From Raillietiella orientalis (taxonomy: Eukaryota): DNA of 64,000 bases. How positions within the stretch are numbered: position 1 is the first letter of the stretch; each line of letters opens with the position of its first letter. This document shows, piece after piece, positions 25,101 through 36,390 of this stretch. Both the position numbers and the translations under genes were made by a program. The notes under the pieces are model-generated. The model did not search any database and had not been told where the DNA came from. It saw only the letters and a list, made by a program, of their open reading frames with translations. The stretch covers positions 682,001-746,000 of the forward strand of contig JAYWIR010000046.1 of NCBI GenBank assembly GCA_036172245.1. The letters run 5' to 3'.

Positions 25101-25251
25101 GGGAGCTGCTCACGAGAAGCAGCGCTCCCAAGGCATTTCCCTTCGTAATGGTGATGTGAAACTGTACATTTGAAATACCTTTTTATTTTTTTTACGACTA
25201 TGTTTTGGTGAATACTTTTACAGGAAACTCCCCAAGGTGACCAGGTGAAAA
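19130..25251 (+). mobile_element. Near full-length decayed L1/Tx1-like LINE, family B
   Basis: ORF1 remnant (FVGRTDC at about 19975). APE motifs RVACWNVNGL (21493), DLVLL*EVH and GDFN (21909). RT motifs APGVDGLP (22680), NWCPITMITTDSKL (22840) and AVDLQEAFHSVD (23121). zf-RVT-like LLHWAIPCNARVHQW...RCSGRKTFPH (about 24570-24680). 3' UTR ends ctccccaaggtgaccaggtgaaaa. Confidence 0.85.
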
Positions 25252-27885
25252 TGCCCTACATTCTACGAAGCCAGACACGCACTATGCAATGCAGTCCCAT
25301 GCATGCGGGAGGTGAGTGTCTACAGGACTTACGAGTCCAGGCCTACATCTGTGATGTGAATGAGGTAAACTGGACTCAGTTTAGCGGAGGGTTCCTTTGC
25401 GGACGAATAGCTCTCCGGCATGACATGAAAAGGAACAGCTCGAGGGGCACTCGGTACTTAGGGATGATCAGGACGCGGTCATTGAGCACTACCTGCATCC
25501 TTGCATATGTAGTTCCATGGCTTTCTGGGGTCCTCGACCAATAGCAGCTTGCTTAACTGGAACACTCCTACGGTATAACGGATCCATCCGTCAGCTTTCA
25601 AGGTATGGAACCATCCGCGTGTTCTAAGTCCAACTTATGCTGGACAGGGTATTTCGTAATCTGGAGGCGGAGCGCCTCACAGAAAAGCGAAGTGCAGGGC
25701 TGTCCCACCAAATGAAAGTCTACTGTGAATTTTTTGACTTGTCTTTCGTAGGAAGAACCAACTGGACCGGATATAGGGAGCCGCAGAGACACAGGACACC
25801 TCGAGGAAAGCTGCGTCGAAGCACAGCGCCTGCGTGGAGACCAGAATGACCGTGTGACCGTTCTGGACAACATGGATCGTGCCCGAACGAGGTTGCCGAG
25901 ACTCCACTACAACAAAGAAGGTACAAAACAGCTGTCTGAGGAGAATCCTAAGAGCGAAACAACCAAAAATCAAAAACAAGCTGCAGAATCTCTCCGAAAA
26001 CCTCCTCTCCCAGAGGAAAGAGAGGCAAGCACTGAGGTCGCCGGGTGGAAATAGGCTCAGAGAAAGAAGGCTAAATGCAAGCCAGCTCTTCGCATCACGT
26101 GAGCGACCAGCACACGCGAAACGAGATGGAAAGCTATCGAGAGGTGACGGCGAAAAGAGGCACCTCTTGATCGATACGCAGCCGCCGCCACCTCCGCCAT
26201 TTAAAAGTTGACAGCAATGCCGAAACTGCCAAAAAGCAGGTTTCGTTCAGCGTGCCCGGGAATTGCATTGGGAGTTTTCAGATTCCGAATATCAGCCTTG
26301 GATCCAAATGACCGAAGGCGATGCATTCATAACGTCGGGAAGCAGTCCGAAGCTCAAGGAGGCTATGTGTCCTTTCCTGAAGAGGGGGAATGATTCAGGA
26401 AAGTGGGCAATCTCGGTCGAATCCAAGGACTCTGAACAGTACGCGGGAGGAGAGGGAAGGTTCCAATTTTCCCAGCGAGCTGCTCCTGGAGAACGAAGTT
26501 GAAGCAGCAACGCCAAATTCCCAGAAGCAACGCGGTAAATCTCCAGCGGCCGCTGGATACGCGTCACCTGTTGGGACACCAGCAGGTTATGCAGAAGCAG
26601 CAGGAGAGATTTTCATCTGATCACGCCGAGGAGTTTATTTTAAAGATGAAAAGAGAAGATAGGGCATGGCGTCCTACTGAGTCGAGCAGTTTTTTAGATG
26701 TCGACGAGACCGATGGAACGGAGAGTAGGAGGAGGAAGAAAAGCAAAATAGGCACGAATAATTGTCGTTATGATTGCAGGATGGGGAGGAGGCAAGGGAA
26801 GGGGCCATTGTCCGTTCCGTCGGGTGCCCTGTATTCTGTGTAGGGTGGTCTTCCAGGGGGTCCTCCTCTTCGCGATCCTCAAGGAGAAGGTTGCGAAGTG
26901 GACCGCTCCCCTGCCAATGCACCCCTTTTTCCGCTTCGTATCTGAAAGCGACGATGCCGTGGGAACAGCAGAACGCCGCGACTGCGGCGTAAATGGCGTA
27001 GCATTCTGCACAAAGAGGGGCTTCATAGCTGACTCTGGGGTTGCTTAGTGGGATGGAGGAATTAGTGGGGAAACGCTCCCGCAGTGCCCAGAAGACAACA
27101 CAATGTGCCAGGCAGGTTCAGGAAGGATTCCACCTCGCCGCACCTGACGCAGTCCGGGGAAAAGCCTCCCTGCGCCAGTGGTGCCGGAGCGCCTCAGGAC
27201 TGAACTGTGCCAGTAGCGGAGAGACTTTCACGCTCCTGCTGTTGGAACGTGGCGAAAACTCCTACAGTAAAAACTCCTCGCGGCTGCCTACATCGACCCG
27301 AACGGCAGAGTGGTCGAGCATAGCCTCCACACCCCTTGCCACAGCGCCGTCTGACCTCAGAGCTAGAGACCACAGTAATCTAACGGCGAGATAAGAGTTT
27401 TCCTGCACTATCGCGGACCAGACTCCTTGTCGGCTGAAAGACGCACGAGTTTGGTGGATGCTGCCACTCCGCGTACTGTGGCGATTGGACTTCTTCGGTA
27501 GAGAGCGCCCGAGGAACTCGTGGTGATCCCTGCCCAATGCCTGGACACTTCTGTGTTCCCCCTCTCTTGAAAACAGGCTATGCTGTTCTTTCTCCACTGG
27601 GGATTCGAGTGCAGCAAGCGCCAGCACTCTCCTTGCCGAGGGGAGGATGCATCCCCATACTGTTGTTGCAGATCCGGGTCAGTGGAGTCGATCCCGCACC
27701 CAATTTCTTATTTTTATTGTTGTCCTTTCTCCCCACCCCCGTTGAGAACTTTTGGATATCCCGATCTGCGTGTCGACGACTCTCCCCCCTCCCCGAACTT
27801 CTTTTGTCGTCGGCGGGTAACCAGCGTGCTCCCGACTGGTTCATGTTCATAAAATAAACGCTCCCCAGTTTGACTGGGAGAAAAA
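25252..27885 (+). mobile_element. Second family B LINE copy (ORF1 remnant, ORF2 C-terminal pieces, 3' UTR)
   Basis: FVGRTN...DTGHLEESC (about 25745-25815) parallels the ORF1 at 19975. The 3' UTR at 27730-27860 resembles 34950-35080. It ends aataaa + hairpin + aaaaa at 27853-27885. Confidence 0.6.
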
Positions 27886-28367
27886 CTTGGACCCGAAGGC
27901 GTTTCGAAAGAGCTACTGCTGCGCTTCTTCACGCGGGACGGGCTTTCGCTTGCTTCTCCGATCACCCAATCTTGTGCTGAACCAGCAGGATCGCTGTGTA
28001 CCGGATCACCGAGGCGGTGTTCCAGCAGGGAAGAAGGACCACGTATCTCAGCCCTATAGTAATGAAGAATGGGTCGAATGGCCTTCGAAAGATGCCAGAG
28101 TGAAGAAGGCCCTTGCTTGCATCGTACGCAGGTTGAAGGGCACGCAGCAGTTGTGACCGATGACCCTTGTCCCTTCCCTTCCCCCCTTTTTATTTATTTA
28201 TTGTCTCCTCCCCTACATCCTTTATGCCCTTCGTGTAGCCGCCATGCGAGTCGGTGGTTTTCTTTTCCCATTCAATGTTCTCGAACAGTCTAACAGGTTT
28301 ACCAATCCACGTTGCTGCTTTTTTTCTTCTTTTGGAATAAAAACGCTCCTGGGCAACCGGTTAAAAA
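27886..28367 (+). mobile_element. 5'-truncated family B LINE 3' fragment
   Basis: EWPSKDARVKKALACIVRRLKGTQQL* resembles the family C-terminus. A pyrimidine/TTTA tract at 28170-28212 is shared with 34918-34960, and the fragment ends aataaaaacgctcc...aaaaa. Confidence 0.65.
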
Positions 28368-28439
28368 TGGTCCGGCGCGTATTGCACCAAAGTCCCGAAT
28401 GCAACATCAGCAGAGTCGACTACTGTCACTTGAGCGGGA

Positions 28440-30840
28440 GGAACTAGCTGTCCGTTATCACTAGGGGCTTCTCCAGCTCATCAGGTAGAATGCTGAAGAG
28501 TTCAGCCCAGAGAATTTCTTTGGGATGGCAACTTTGGTGCTCCTACGTCAGCAAGCTGACGCGAAACCTTGCGTCTTGGAAAACCCTTGATGGCTGGATA
28601 CCCGCAGGAAAGCTTCCACTTTGTCGGTAGTTTGGTGCCATGAAGCTCAAAACAGAGAACAGACCTACCAGGCAGGACAGCAGCTATAGCTCATCACATA
28701 CCGCCTCCACTTTTCTTGCGGCGTTTCTGCGAAATTGCAGGTAGCCGGTTTCCTCAGGCGTGGTCTCGGTGATTTTGGTCCATCCTCTCACTGTCTCATG
28801 CCGCAAAACGTTATTGATCATGGGGCGGCAGGAGATCCACGGGTATTGACCCCTCAGGGCGGCGATTCGCCAAGCGGGAAGTTGTAAGCGGCTGCACTTC
28901 GAGAGTCACTTGAAAGCCAGATTGCCAGACCATCGCTGCCAGCGGCTTGCCTGAGGAATACTCGTGTAGGGACGCACCAGTACTTGACCATTAAGGTCAG
29001 TTTCTTGAACTGAAGCTGTTCGCCCATCCATCCGCTCCAAAGTCAGGAGGTCAAGTCCTCCGTCCCCACGCGGAACTGTCAGGTCCTTCAGCCGCTGCAA
29101 AAGGCAAGCTTTAGCGACTGCTCTGAGTCTATCCAATCTGGCTCTGCTCCAAGGGACCTCAGCGAAGGAGGATCAGAAGTCACATGCGGGCAGTGTGGCT
29201 TCTCATGCTTGCATGGTGTGGTCTTCTATTGAGGTCAGCCATAGCAAGTGAGGTGCCCACCCGTAATTCGGCGAGCAAGGACGAGCTGGACAACTTGTTC
29301 TCAGGTGACCCCAACTGATTCGACCTCCTCGCTACGGACACTTCACGCACCAAGCAGATGTTTTGCTAAGACGCTTTTCCCCAGTACAAGCTGAGCTAGA
29401 ATGGCTGACCGACGGCATAGTGGGCACAGCCCATCTGATATCGGGGTAGTTTAACATTCATCTGCTGCTCCCATGAAAGTGTGGCGGACGGACAGCATAG
29501 CCTGGTCAACGAATTCTGCGTGCTAGGGAACAATTGCAATTTGTTGGCCGGTCAACCCGGGATGCAAAAGTTTGTCGATCATATCGATCGGCAGAGGCAG
29601 CCAATGCGCGGTGATAGCCAAGGAGATCGTCCTACCTCCTGAAAACAGAGGAGCACCTGCTTCACCACCTACGAGGTTTTGCCGTGCTGCCACTAGACGA
29701 ACGGGACGAGCTGAAATCCCCAGTCCGAAAACTCTGCTTCCGGTTTACCGCTAACCCGTCTCCCAAAGGGGTTTGAGGAGCACGCTTACCTGCAGGCACG
29801 CAGAATTACCAGGAGACCTCATGTCTTCGCCTGGCGAAAGACAGAACCAAGGCTGAGTGTCAAGTCTGAAAGTAAGTCCCGTTTACTGATACGCCTAAGC
29901 GAGAACACTTAGCCCGGCAAAGCGTGGACACTCACATGTTCCTCTCTTTAAGCGAGGGCACCTTCACAGCTCCTCTTCCTCAGAGGCTGCTGCCAGAGGG
30001 CGCTCCTGTGATCGGTGCACTGATTGGTCGCACTGATTCGGCAGACGAGCAAGGTGTCCTTTCTATTGGGGTCAGCTGGAGCTGCCGAAAAGGGACATCT
30101 CCATGGAGTTGGCAGGCAGGCATCCAATTGGCATCAGATCACTTCCGTCACCCAAGACACCAAGTCCACAATCAGACCAAAGCAGGTGCTCCCGAGGAGG
30201 ATGAGACAGCTCTTCGTCAGAACGTGGCCCAAGTTGTAACAGCTGGCAGCACCGAGCAGCGCAAAATGTGGGTGTTCTTTAGGTCCTCAGGATCAGGAAG
30301 TCCGAGGAGAAGAGGAAACACTGGAAACCCTTGCGAACGCAGCTGATTTGCACATAGTGTTTGACTGCATCGATCAGCAGATTTTTTTGGATGTCCCTGG
30401 AGCTCTTGAGCTTTCCGTTCGCCTGGATGCCGGTGTAGTGGGACCATCTCGTCGAGCAGTTTGCATGTTCGGTGGCATGGCGAGAAAATCGAGCTGCTTC
30501 GGAGGTCATTGTGTGCCGACGAGGAGGGTCACGAGTCAGGAAGACAACCTGAGCTCTCTGTTCTTCAGCATATGCTTTCATTTAATTCTGGAAACATATA
30601 AGCGGGTTCTGATGTCCTTGCTGAGCTCTTAGGCAGCTTGCGGTAGCAGCCTGGACTGCGAGCGCTTTTGTCCAAGGAATGCCCAGAGAGGAGATGCTCC
30701 CTGAAGCTCTCCTTGAAGGTTCGAAGGGATCCGCTTCCGATTTCACGGACTGCTCGCTGCCAGCAGCATGAAGACGCACCTCTCGGAGTGATCCTGGTCG
30801 CTGCTGGCCCCATCCCTAGAACTCGTCGAGCAGTCATTAA
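28440..30840 (-). mobile_element. Decayed L1/Tx1-like ORF2 fragment (linker, RT, thumb region)
   Basis: LTVPRGDGGLDL at about 29045-29085 (like PKxxGGLG) and linker-like GKLKSSRDIQ...DAVKHY at about 30355-30420. Confidence 0.6.
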
Positions 30841-30879
30841 GGAATAACATGAGTGTGAGATTCTTTGAGATCTCCTGAG

Positions 30880-33230
30880 AACCCAAGATGAGGAACAGGT
30901 AGGTGTACCCTCTGCAGCGTGGGAGCTTTCACAGGAGGACGTTTGTTGTAATAAACATATCTACATATAAGCTATCAAAATCCACATTGACCTATCTTGT
31001 CCTTCCTTCGTAGAGGAATAGCAACGTCACTTTGTCGATAAGAGTCCCAGAGGAGTTAACTGCTCGAGTGCAACCTGCCGACAGAGGGTCGCACGAGTAA
31101 AATAAGGGGGAAGGAGTGAAGAAGAAGCAAATAACATCCAAAAAGAAATGATGTCTTTAAGAGATGTTGAGGGGCAGAGGGAAGGATCACCAGAGGCTTT
31201 CTGGCATCCTCAGCACCGTGTCCAGGATGCAGACAAGTTCCTCCTTTGGGCGATGATGAACCATCTTGTGGTTCCTCCTCAACAGACGGTCACGACGGTT
31301 TCCCTGAGGAACGGAGAAAGATGAACGAAAAAAGATGGGGTCTTTCAGGTTTCTTTCGTCGTGGAAGAAAGCATTGTGTTACGCGTAAAGAAGCGTTTCG
31401 GCACGTCATTGGGGTTGTCCCTTGAAATCGTAGGACTGCAGCGCGACATTCCCACGCATTCCGAAGGGCGGCGCACTTGATCAGTAGATGCGGGAAGGTT
31501 TCTCTTTCACCGCACCGGGAGCAGTCTGGAGCCACTCTCCCACTTTGCCAGTGATGGCGGCTCTCTTCGATGGTGCCGACGTGCTTATCTTTTGATGCAC
31601 TTGAAGAAAGCGCATTATGGCTGCGTGCACTCTCTTTTTTTGGTTTTTAACAGTTTCGTGTTAGAGAGGTGTTGCCATGGCAGAAATGCCAGCAAATACT
31701 TCTAAGAGCAAACTGGGGATTCAGCTGTGGTCCTGCTCCAAGACAACCATCTGCCAAAGCTGATGTCCGCGTCAAGGCAGTCTTTGGTGGCCGCATATGA
31801 GGAGACGTCATTCGCTCGAGGCCGGCTGCACACTTGGCCAGAAGTCTCCCGGGAACACACCGGTGCGTCCACCAATACTCGGTCTCCAGCGTCATCCTCC
31901 AGACCCTGCAGAGTGATAAAGGACCTGCCGGATCTCGGAAGTTGCCAAGCCCTATCGCCCGATGGACAGCTCCACCACTGGCCAGCGGAGATCCACGCTC
32001 GAAGATCCCTCGCAGGGTCCGCGAGGATGCACCCGACTTTCCCTGAATCCCCCGCGAAAACGCCAGAATGCAGGGCTTTCCCGATCGACGTCTCCGCCCT
32101 TCTTCTTCGCTGCCAGCAGGCCTAGACACCGCGTATCGAGGAACGCCATCGCGTATCATGGAGGGGAGTGTCCCTGCTGCGGAAGGTTGGGTCAGCATCT
32201 CGGAGGCATATCGCCCGCTCATCTCTGGACCTGCTCAAGGAATCGCTCGCTCGTCCAGGCCGGGCATCTGCCCCCTCTCCGTTGACCCCGTGCAAGCGTT
32301 CATCGCGAACATGGAGGAAGGGTCATCTCGTGAAGCCGCTCGCCATCTCCATCTCTTACGCGGGAAGGGCAACAGTGGAATGGCCCGGTCCGTGGTGCGA
32401 CCCTCAGCGGAGGGTTGAGGGCGATTGCGGGAAGAACTAACCCGACACCGGGAGGGGGGCATATCTCTCGCTTCCCCAAGCTCCCCCCCCCCCTCTCTGA
32501 ACGCGGGCCCCCGAGCGAAGTCAAGCGGAATGCCGAGAGGCCAATACATCCCACTCTCTTCTTCCTCATCGCCTCACTGGCTCTTTCTCGCCTCCATTTC
32601 TCCCTAGTCGCTCTCCCGGCGAGGGATCGCTCCCACTTCGGACCAGCACACGTCAGGACGAAGCGGAGGGTCACATCAAGGCCCTCATCATGAAAGTTGG
32701 CTGCAGCAACCGAAGAGACCGTCGTCGTCCGCAAGTCCGGACGTTCGAGAGGAGGTGAGCGATCCTCAGATAGGCTACAAGTGAGGTCTGGGGAGGGAAC
32801 ACTACGTAAAATAAATGAAAGAGCATGAGGGCGGGAGGTGCACAAGGTCTAGGCTGGAACATCTTACGCCTGCTGCGGTTCCTACGCGAGATGCAGGCGA
32901 CGTCTCTCTCGGCTTGTCCTCCGTCTAGCTGCGCCTTCCCACAGCGTGGGGGCGACATGCGCTGAGGGCTTTCCTTCGCTGATGTGCCAGGTCACGGGCC
33001 GCTACTGTGCCGCAGATGCAGTAAAAGGTCGTGGTCACTGCTGTGGGTGAAGGTCGAACCTCCTGCTGGGAGTGTCCTCTGGGATGCTGGAGCGCCGTGG
33101 TCAGACGTTCCTCTGAGCACCGGAGGGTGCAGCAGCCTATCAGCAAGGATGGCTTCTGGCATACGCTGAGATGGAAAGATCTCTTTCCGCCTCCCTTCCC
33201 TGGCTAAACTCACACTGTGCTAGAATCCCG
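30880..33230 (-). mobile_element. 5'-truncated family B LINE (late RT to 3' UTR)
   Basis: PRSE-GG-LG motif at about 32480-32510 and zf-RVT PDCSRCGERETFPHLLIKC at 31470-31530. The C-terminus KEELVCILDTVLRMPESLW* at about 31187-31250 is homologous to 24950-25002. Confidence 0.8.
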
Positions 33231-33279
33231 GGAGCTACCGCGCGCTGCCATTTAAACGGTGGCGTCATTCTTCAGATGT

Positions 33280-33620
33280 TTTTTTCTTCATTAATTTTAA
33301 ATGGTGACTTGAACCAGTAGGTCACGGCGGGACGCTCATCTGAGACAAAATGAGAATACACAGGTAGGAACCAGGTTCCTATTTGGAACACAGGAATGTT
33401 CGCTTGGTCGGTTCCGTCTTCGGGTCTCTGATCTGCCCCGCAACCGAAAGGAGAGGGCGACAATGAAGGAGCAGGTATACGGAAGAGGGATATATGAGAC
33501 AGAAGACCACAGACAGCTCCTGATCTCAAGTATCCCGCGCGACATGCAGGCGGGCGAACTGCTTTCCGACTTCCGTTCTTTGGCACAACCATCTCTCTAA
33601 AGCAACCGTTCTCGGTAGGC
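33280..33620 (-). mobile_element. Probable LINE 3' end (pyrimidine-rich UTR and A-rich tail)
   Basis: The minus strand has a pyrimidine-rich tract, then cattttgtctcagatgagcgtccc (similar to 35061-35080), then aaaattaatgaagaaaaaaa. Confidence 0.4.
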
Positions 33621-33649
33621 CGTCGGCGGAGTTGCAGCTGGCAGCAGAA

Positions 33650-35085
33650 CTTCACGGTGAGGCAGACGCGACGAGACGTCACGGCCTCACCGACAGACGA
33701 AACTTTTCGCAGTCTGAAGAACCGGCGCCGCATTCATCAAGGTACCTCTGGTTGTAGCAACCTTTCATCCAGAAGCTCCCAAACTCGATGGAAGGCCCCT
33801 CCGTGTCGGTGGAGGCGGGGGAGAGGGGATTCGCTCTGGAACTGCACCTCGCCTCTGAGAGCACCCCGGAGAGCTACGAATCTCAGGTGGGGACAGTTAT
33901 CGAAGAAACGAAAGTATTCTGACCGAGGGCTTCGCACACACAACACGGACGAACCTTATCGAACCTTATCTCTTATCGAACCTCTCACTCGACATCGGAG
34001 CGATGGGATGGCACGTTCGTCCCGTGAATACCCAGCAGGCGTTAGCAGAGGTGTCAAACAGAATGTCCCCTATGGAGGAAGTTTGGAGTCGCTCGTGCGA
34101 CGCTCCGGGAAGCGCAGATCTTTCCCGTTGCTCGTCCCTTCAGCACTGCGCTTTCGATATCGGCTGCGAGGATTCGGCTTCCTGCTGATGCGACTCGCCT
34201 CACTTCTGGAAGTCCAGCCGTCGTCCTCCTGCCGCCCTCGAAACTTCCGTGCTTCACCGCAGGAGGCGCTTGGTTCCTGCGCCGCGCAAGTGCAGATCGA
34301 CACGGTGGAACTTTGCTCGCTGAGACATTTCCTCAGCCACCTTCTGGAGGAAGTGCTGAGTCACTCGGCAGGCAGGGATCGGCATCCCGACCGTCGCGCC
34401 CCTTGCCTCAGAGCTGTCTGCCCTAAGGGTAAGCGACGACATGCCACGTTTCCAGGAGAAGGGACTATGGCGGTGGAGCGAGCTGTTGATTGTGCCTCCC
34501 GACAAACTTGGCGTCCCTTCCTTGTGTTTGAACGCCTCGACGTTCCTTCCCCATAAACCAGGTGCGGCCGTTCCACACCGGGGATTCCTCACAGTGCAAT
34601 CAGCGCCGGCAGCCCGTCTTCGGGAGAGCTGCTTTTGGACTGTGCACTGTGGCGGAGACCGTCTTCAGCGCTCCTGCACCAGGAGAACATTGCCAGGACC
34701 TGCTGCAGCGGACTCGTGACAGATGCTCCGATCGCAACGAGATGCCGCAGTGCGCCGTGTCTTGGAGATCCAAGCTCAGCGAAGGGAGGTCTCCAGCGTG
34801 GCAGCCGCTTACATGAGGACGTCTTGCAGGTAGCCTCACCTAGAAAAGGAGATCAGAACAGAGACTGCCGGCATCCTGCGCTGGTTCTCCAGGGCCAAGG
34901 AATAACCATAGACCCCTGTTCCCTACCCTCCCTTTGTTTATTTATTTGTTGTCTCTTCCCACCCGTTCCGAACTTTGAGAGTGGCTGGCCTGCGTGTCGA
35001 CGAATCCTCTTCTTGAACTTTCTGTCTTCCCCTGGGAATCCCGTTCCTAAAGTGCTCGCTCATTTTCTAAACAGACTCCCGAAGT
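33650..35085 (+). mobile_element. Decayed, internally deleted family B LINE fragment
   Basis: SREYPAGVSRGVKQNVP at about 34020-34070 (like RGVRQGCP). The region near 34390-34420 resembles 27340-27365, and the 3' UTR is shared with 27730-27860 and 28160-28212. Confidence 0.65.
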
Positions 35086-36279
35086 GATATACGTCGAGCG
35101 CAGGTGAATGTACTAAATTGATGAGCACCGCACCGTATCGTATGGCACGCCGTTTCTCAAGAGCCTTGCCTCACCGTAGGACCCACGCATCTCCTCCCCG
35201 AGGTGCTCCACTTTGAGCTCACCTTCGCATTCCTGGAAAGTTTTTCGCTTTTTTGCCACTGCCACGAGCGCTGCGGCAAGTCCACTGCGCATATTTTTGG
35301 GCGCAACAACGGGATTGCGACAGTCCATGCAACTTTGGCGCATGAACTGTTGCGTGGGGTCAGTTGTGCTCGGAGCGATCTTCGGAAGTGAACCACAAAC
35401 AAGTGGTCCTCATGTGACTAGGAAAATCTTCCGTACTCTGGTGCTGAAGAGCTGTCTCGACCACGCGCGAGGCTTCCAAGGCCTCACCCGCTCAGCACCA
35501 TGGGACGCTGGAGGTCCTCTGAGTTGACGTCAACCCTGCTGAGCTCGTGGCCCAACTCGCAAGCAGCATCCTGCGATCCTCAGGTGTCCCGTCCCGTGGA
35601 GGGGTGTGGACTTATAGCTCTGGGAGGCACAGGTCCCATCTCCTCTCTCTTCGTGATCTTCTGTGAACTGTAGCTGCAGCTACTGTTTTCTCCTTCCTCC
35701 TCAAATCTTCTTGACTTCACAAGGCTCGTCTTCTCCATAACTTCATCTCCCTGGCACTATTTCTCGGGGAACGAGCGATGAGCGACGTAACATAGCTGCT
35801 GCCATATTGATAGTTGTACCATAAAACATACAGTCGCTACACCTCCGCAACTCGGGAGGCACAGAACTTCGACAGATTGTTGCCTCCCGCAACTCTACCG
35901 AAGTCCTGTTGCTGTACTATATAGAAAAACATCTTTGTTCCCAGTAATTGACAATTAATGTATGTCGCAACTAGATGTGAGAATTTCATCCACAGTCGCT
36001 TTCTTAAGCGTCGGTGAATCAAAGACAGAGAACATGAGGAGCATCCTCTACCTTATTCTGATGTAAGGCGTTTCTGCGAGGACAAAACGCTGAGACGTTT
36101 CTGCTAACTCAGAGAAAAGATGCAGTTCTTTGCAGATAGGGAAGGTACTGACTTCCCGGAAATGGACAAGAACGGATGGCATTGTTATCTACCACTTCTC
36201 GCCATATCCCTGAAAGTTTAGCGGAACTGGATGTCAGAATTCAAGATCGTACACGGTCAGTAAAATCGCTCTGCTGCAA

Positions 36280-36390
36280 CATCGCTGCCTCGATTGTGCG
36301 GTACAACCAGCTTCCTGGCAATGGCTTGACGGGTTGCGGCGCACCGTGGTTCACACTCCCTGCATCTGGTGTGAAATACGAAAAGTAATT
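36280..36390 (+). pseudogene. Possible degenerate PHD-finger remnant
   Basis: With frameshifts it reads CLDC...WL...GCGAPWF(H)TPCI(G)VK, resembling the PHD core WxxCxxCxxWFHxxC. Confidence 0.3.

Noticed and set aside
33657..34556. 299-aa ORF as an intact gene
   Set aside because: A mosaic of frames of a decayed LINE; only a short RT-like stretch is recognisable.
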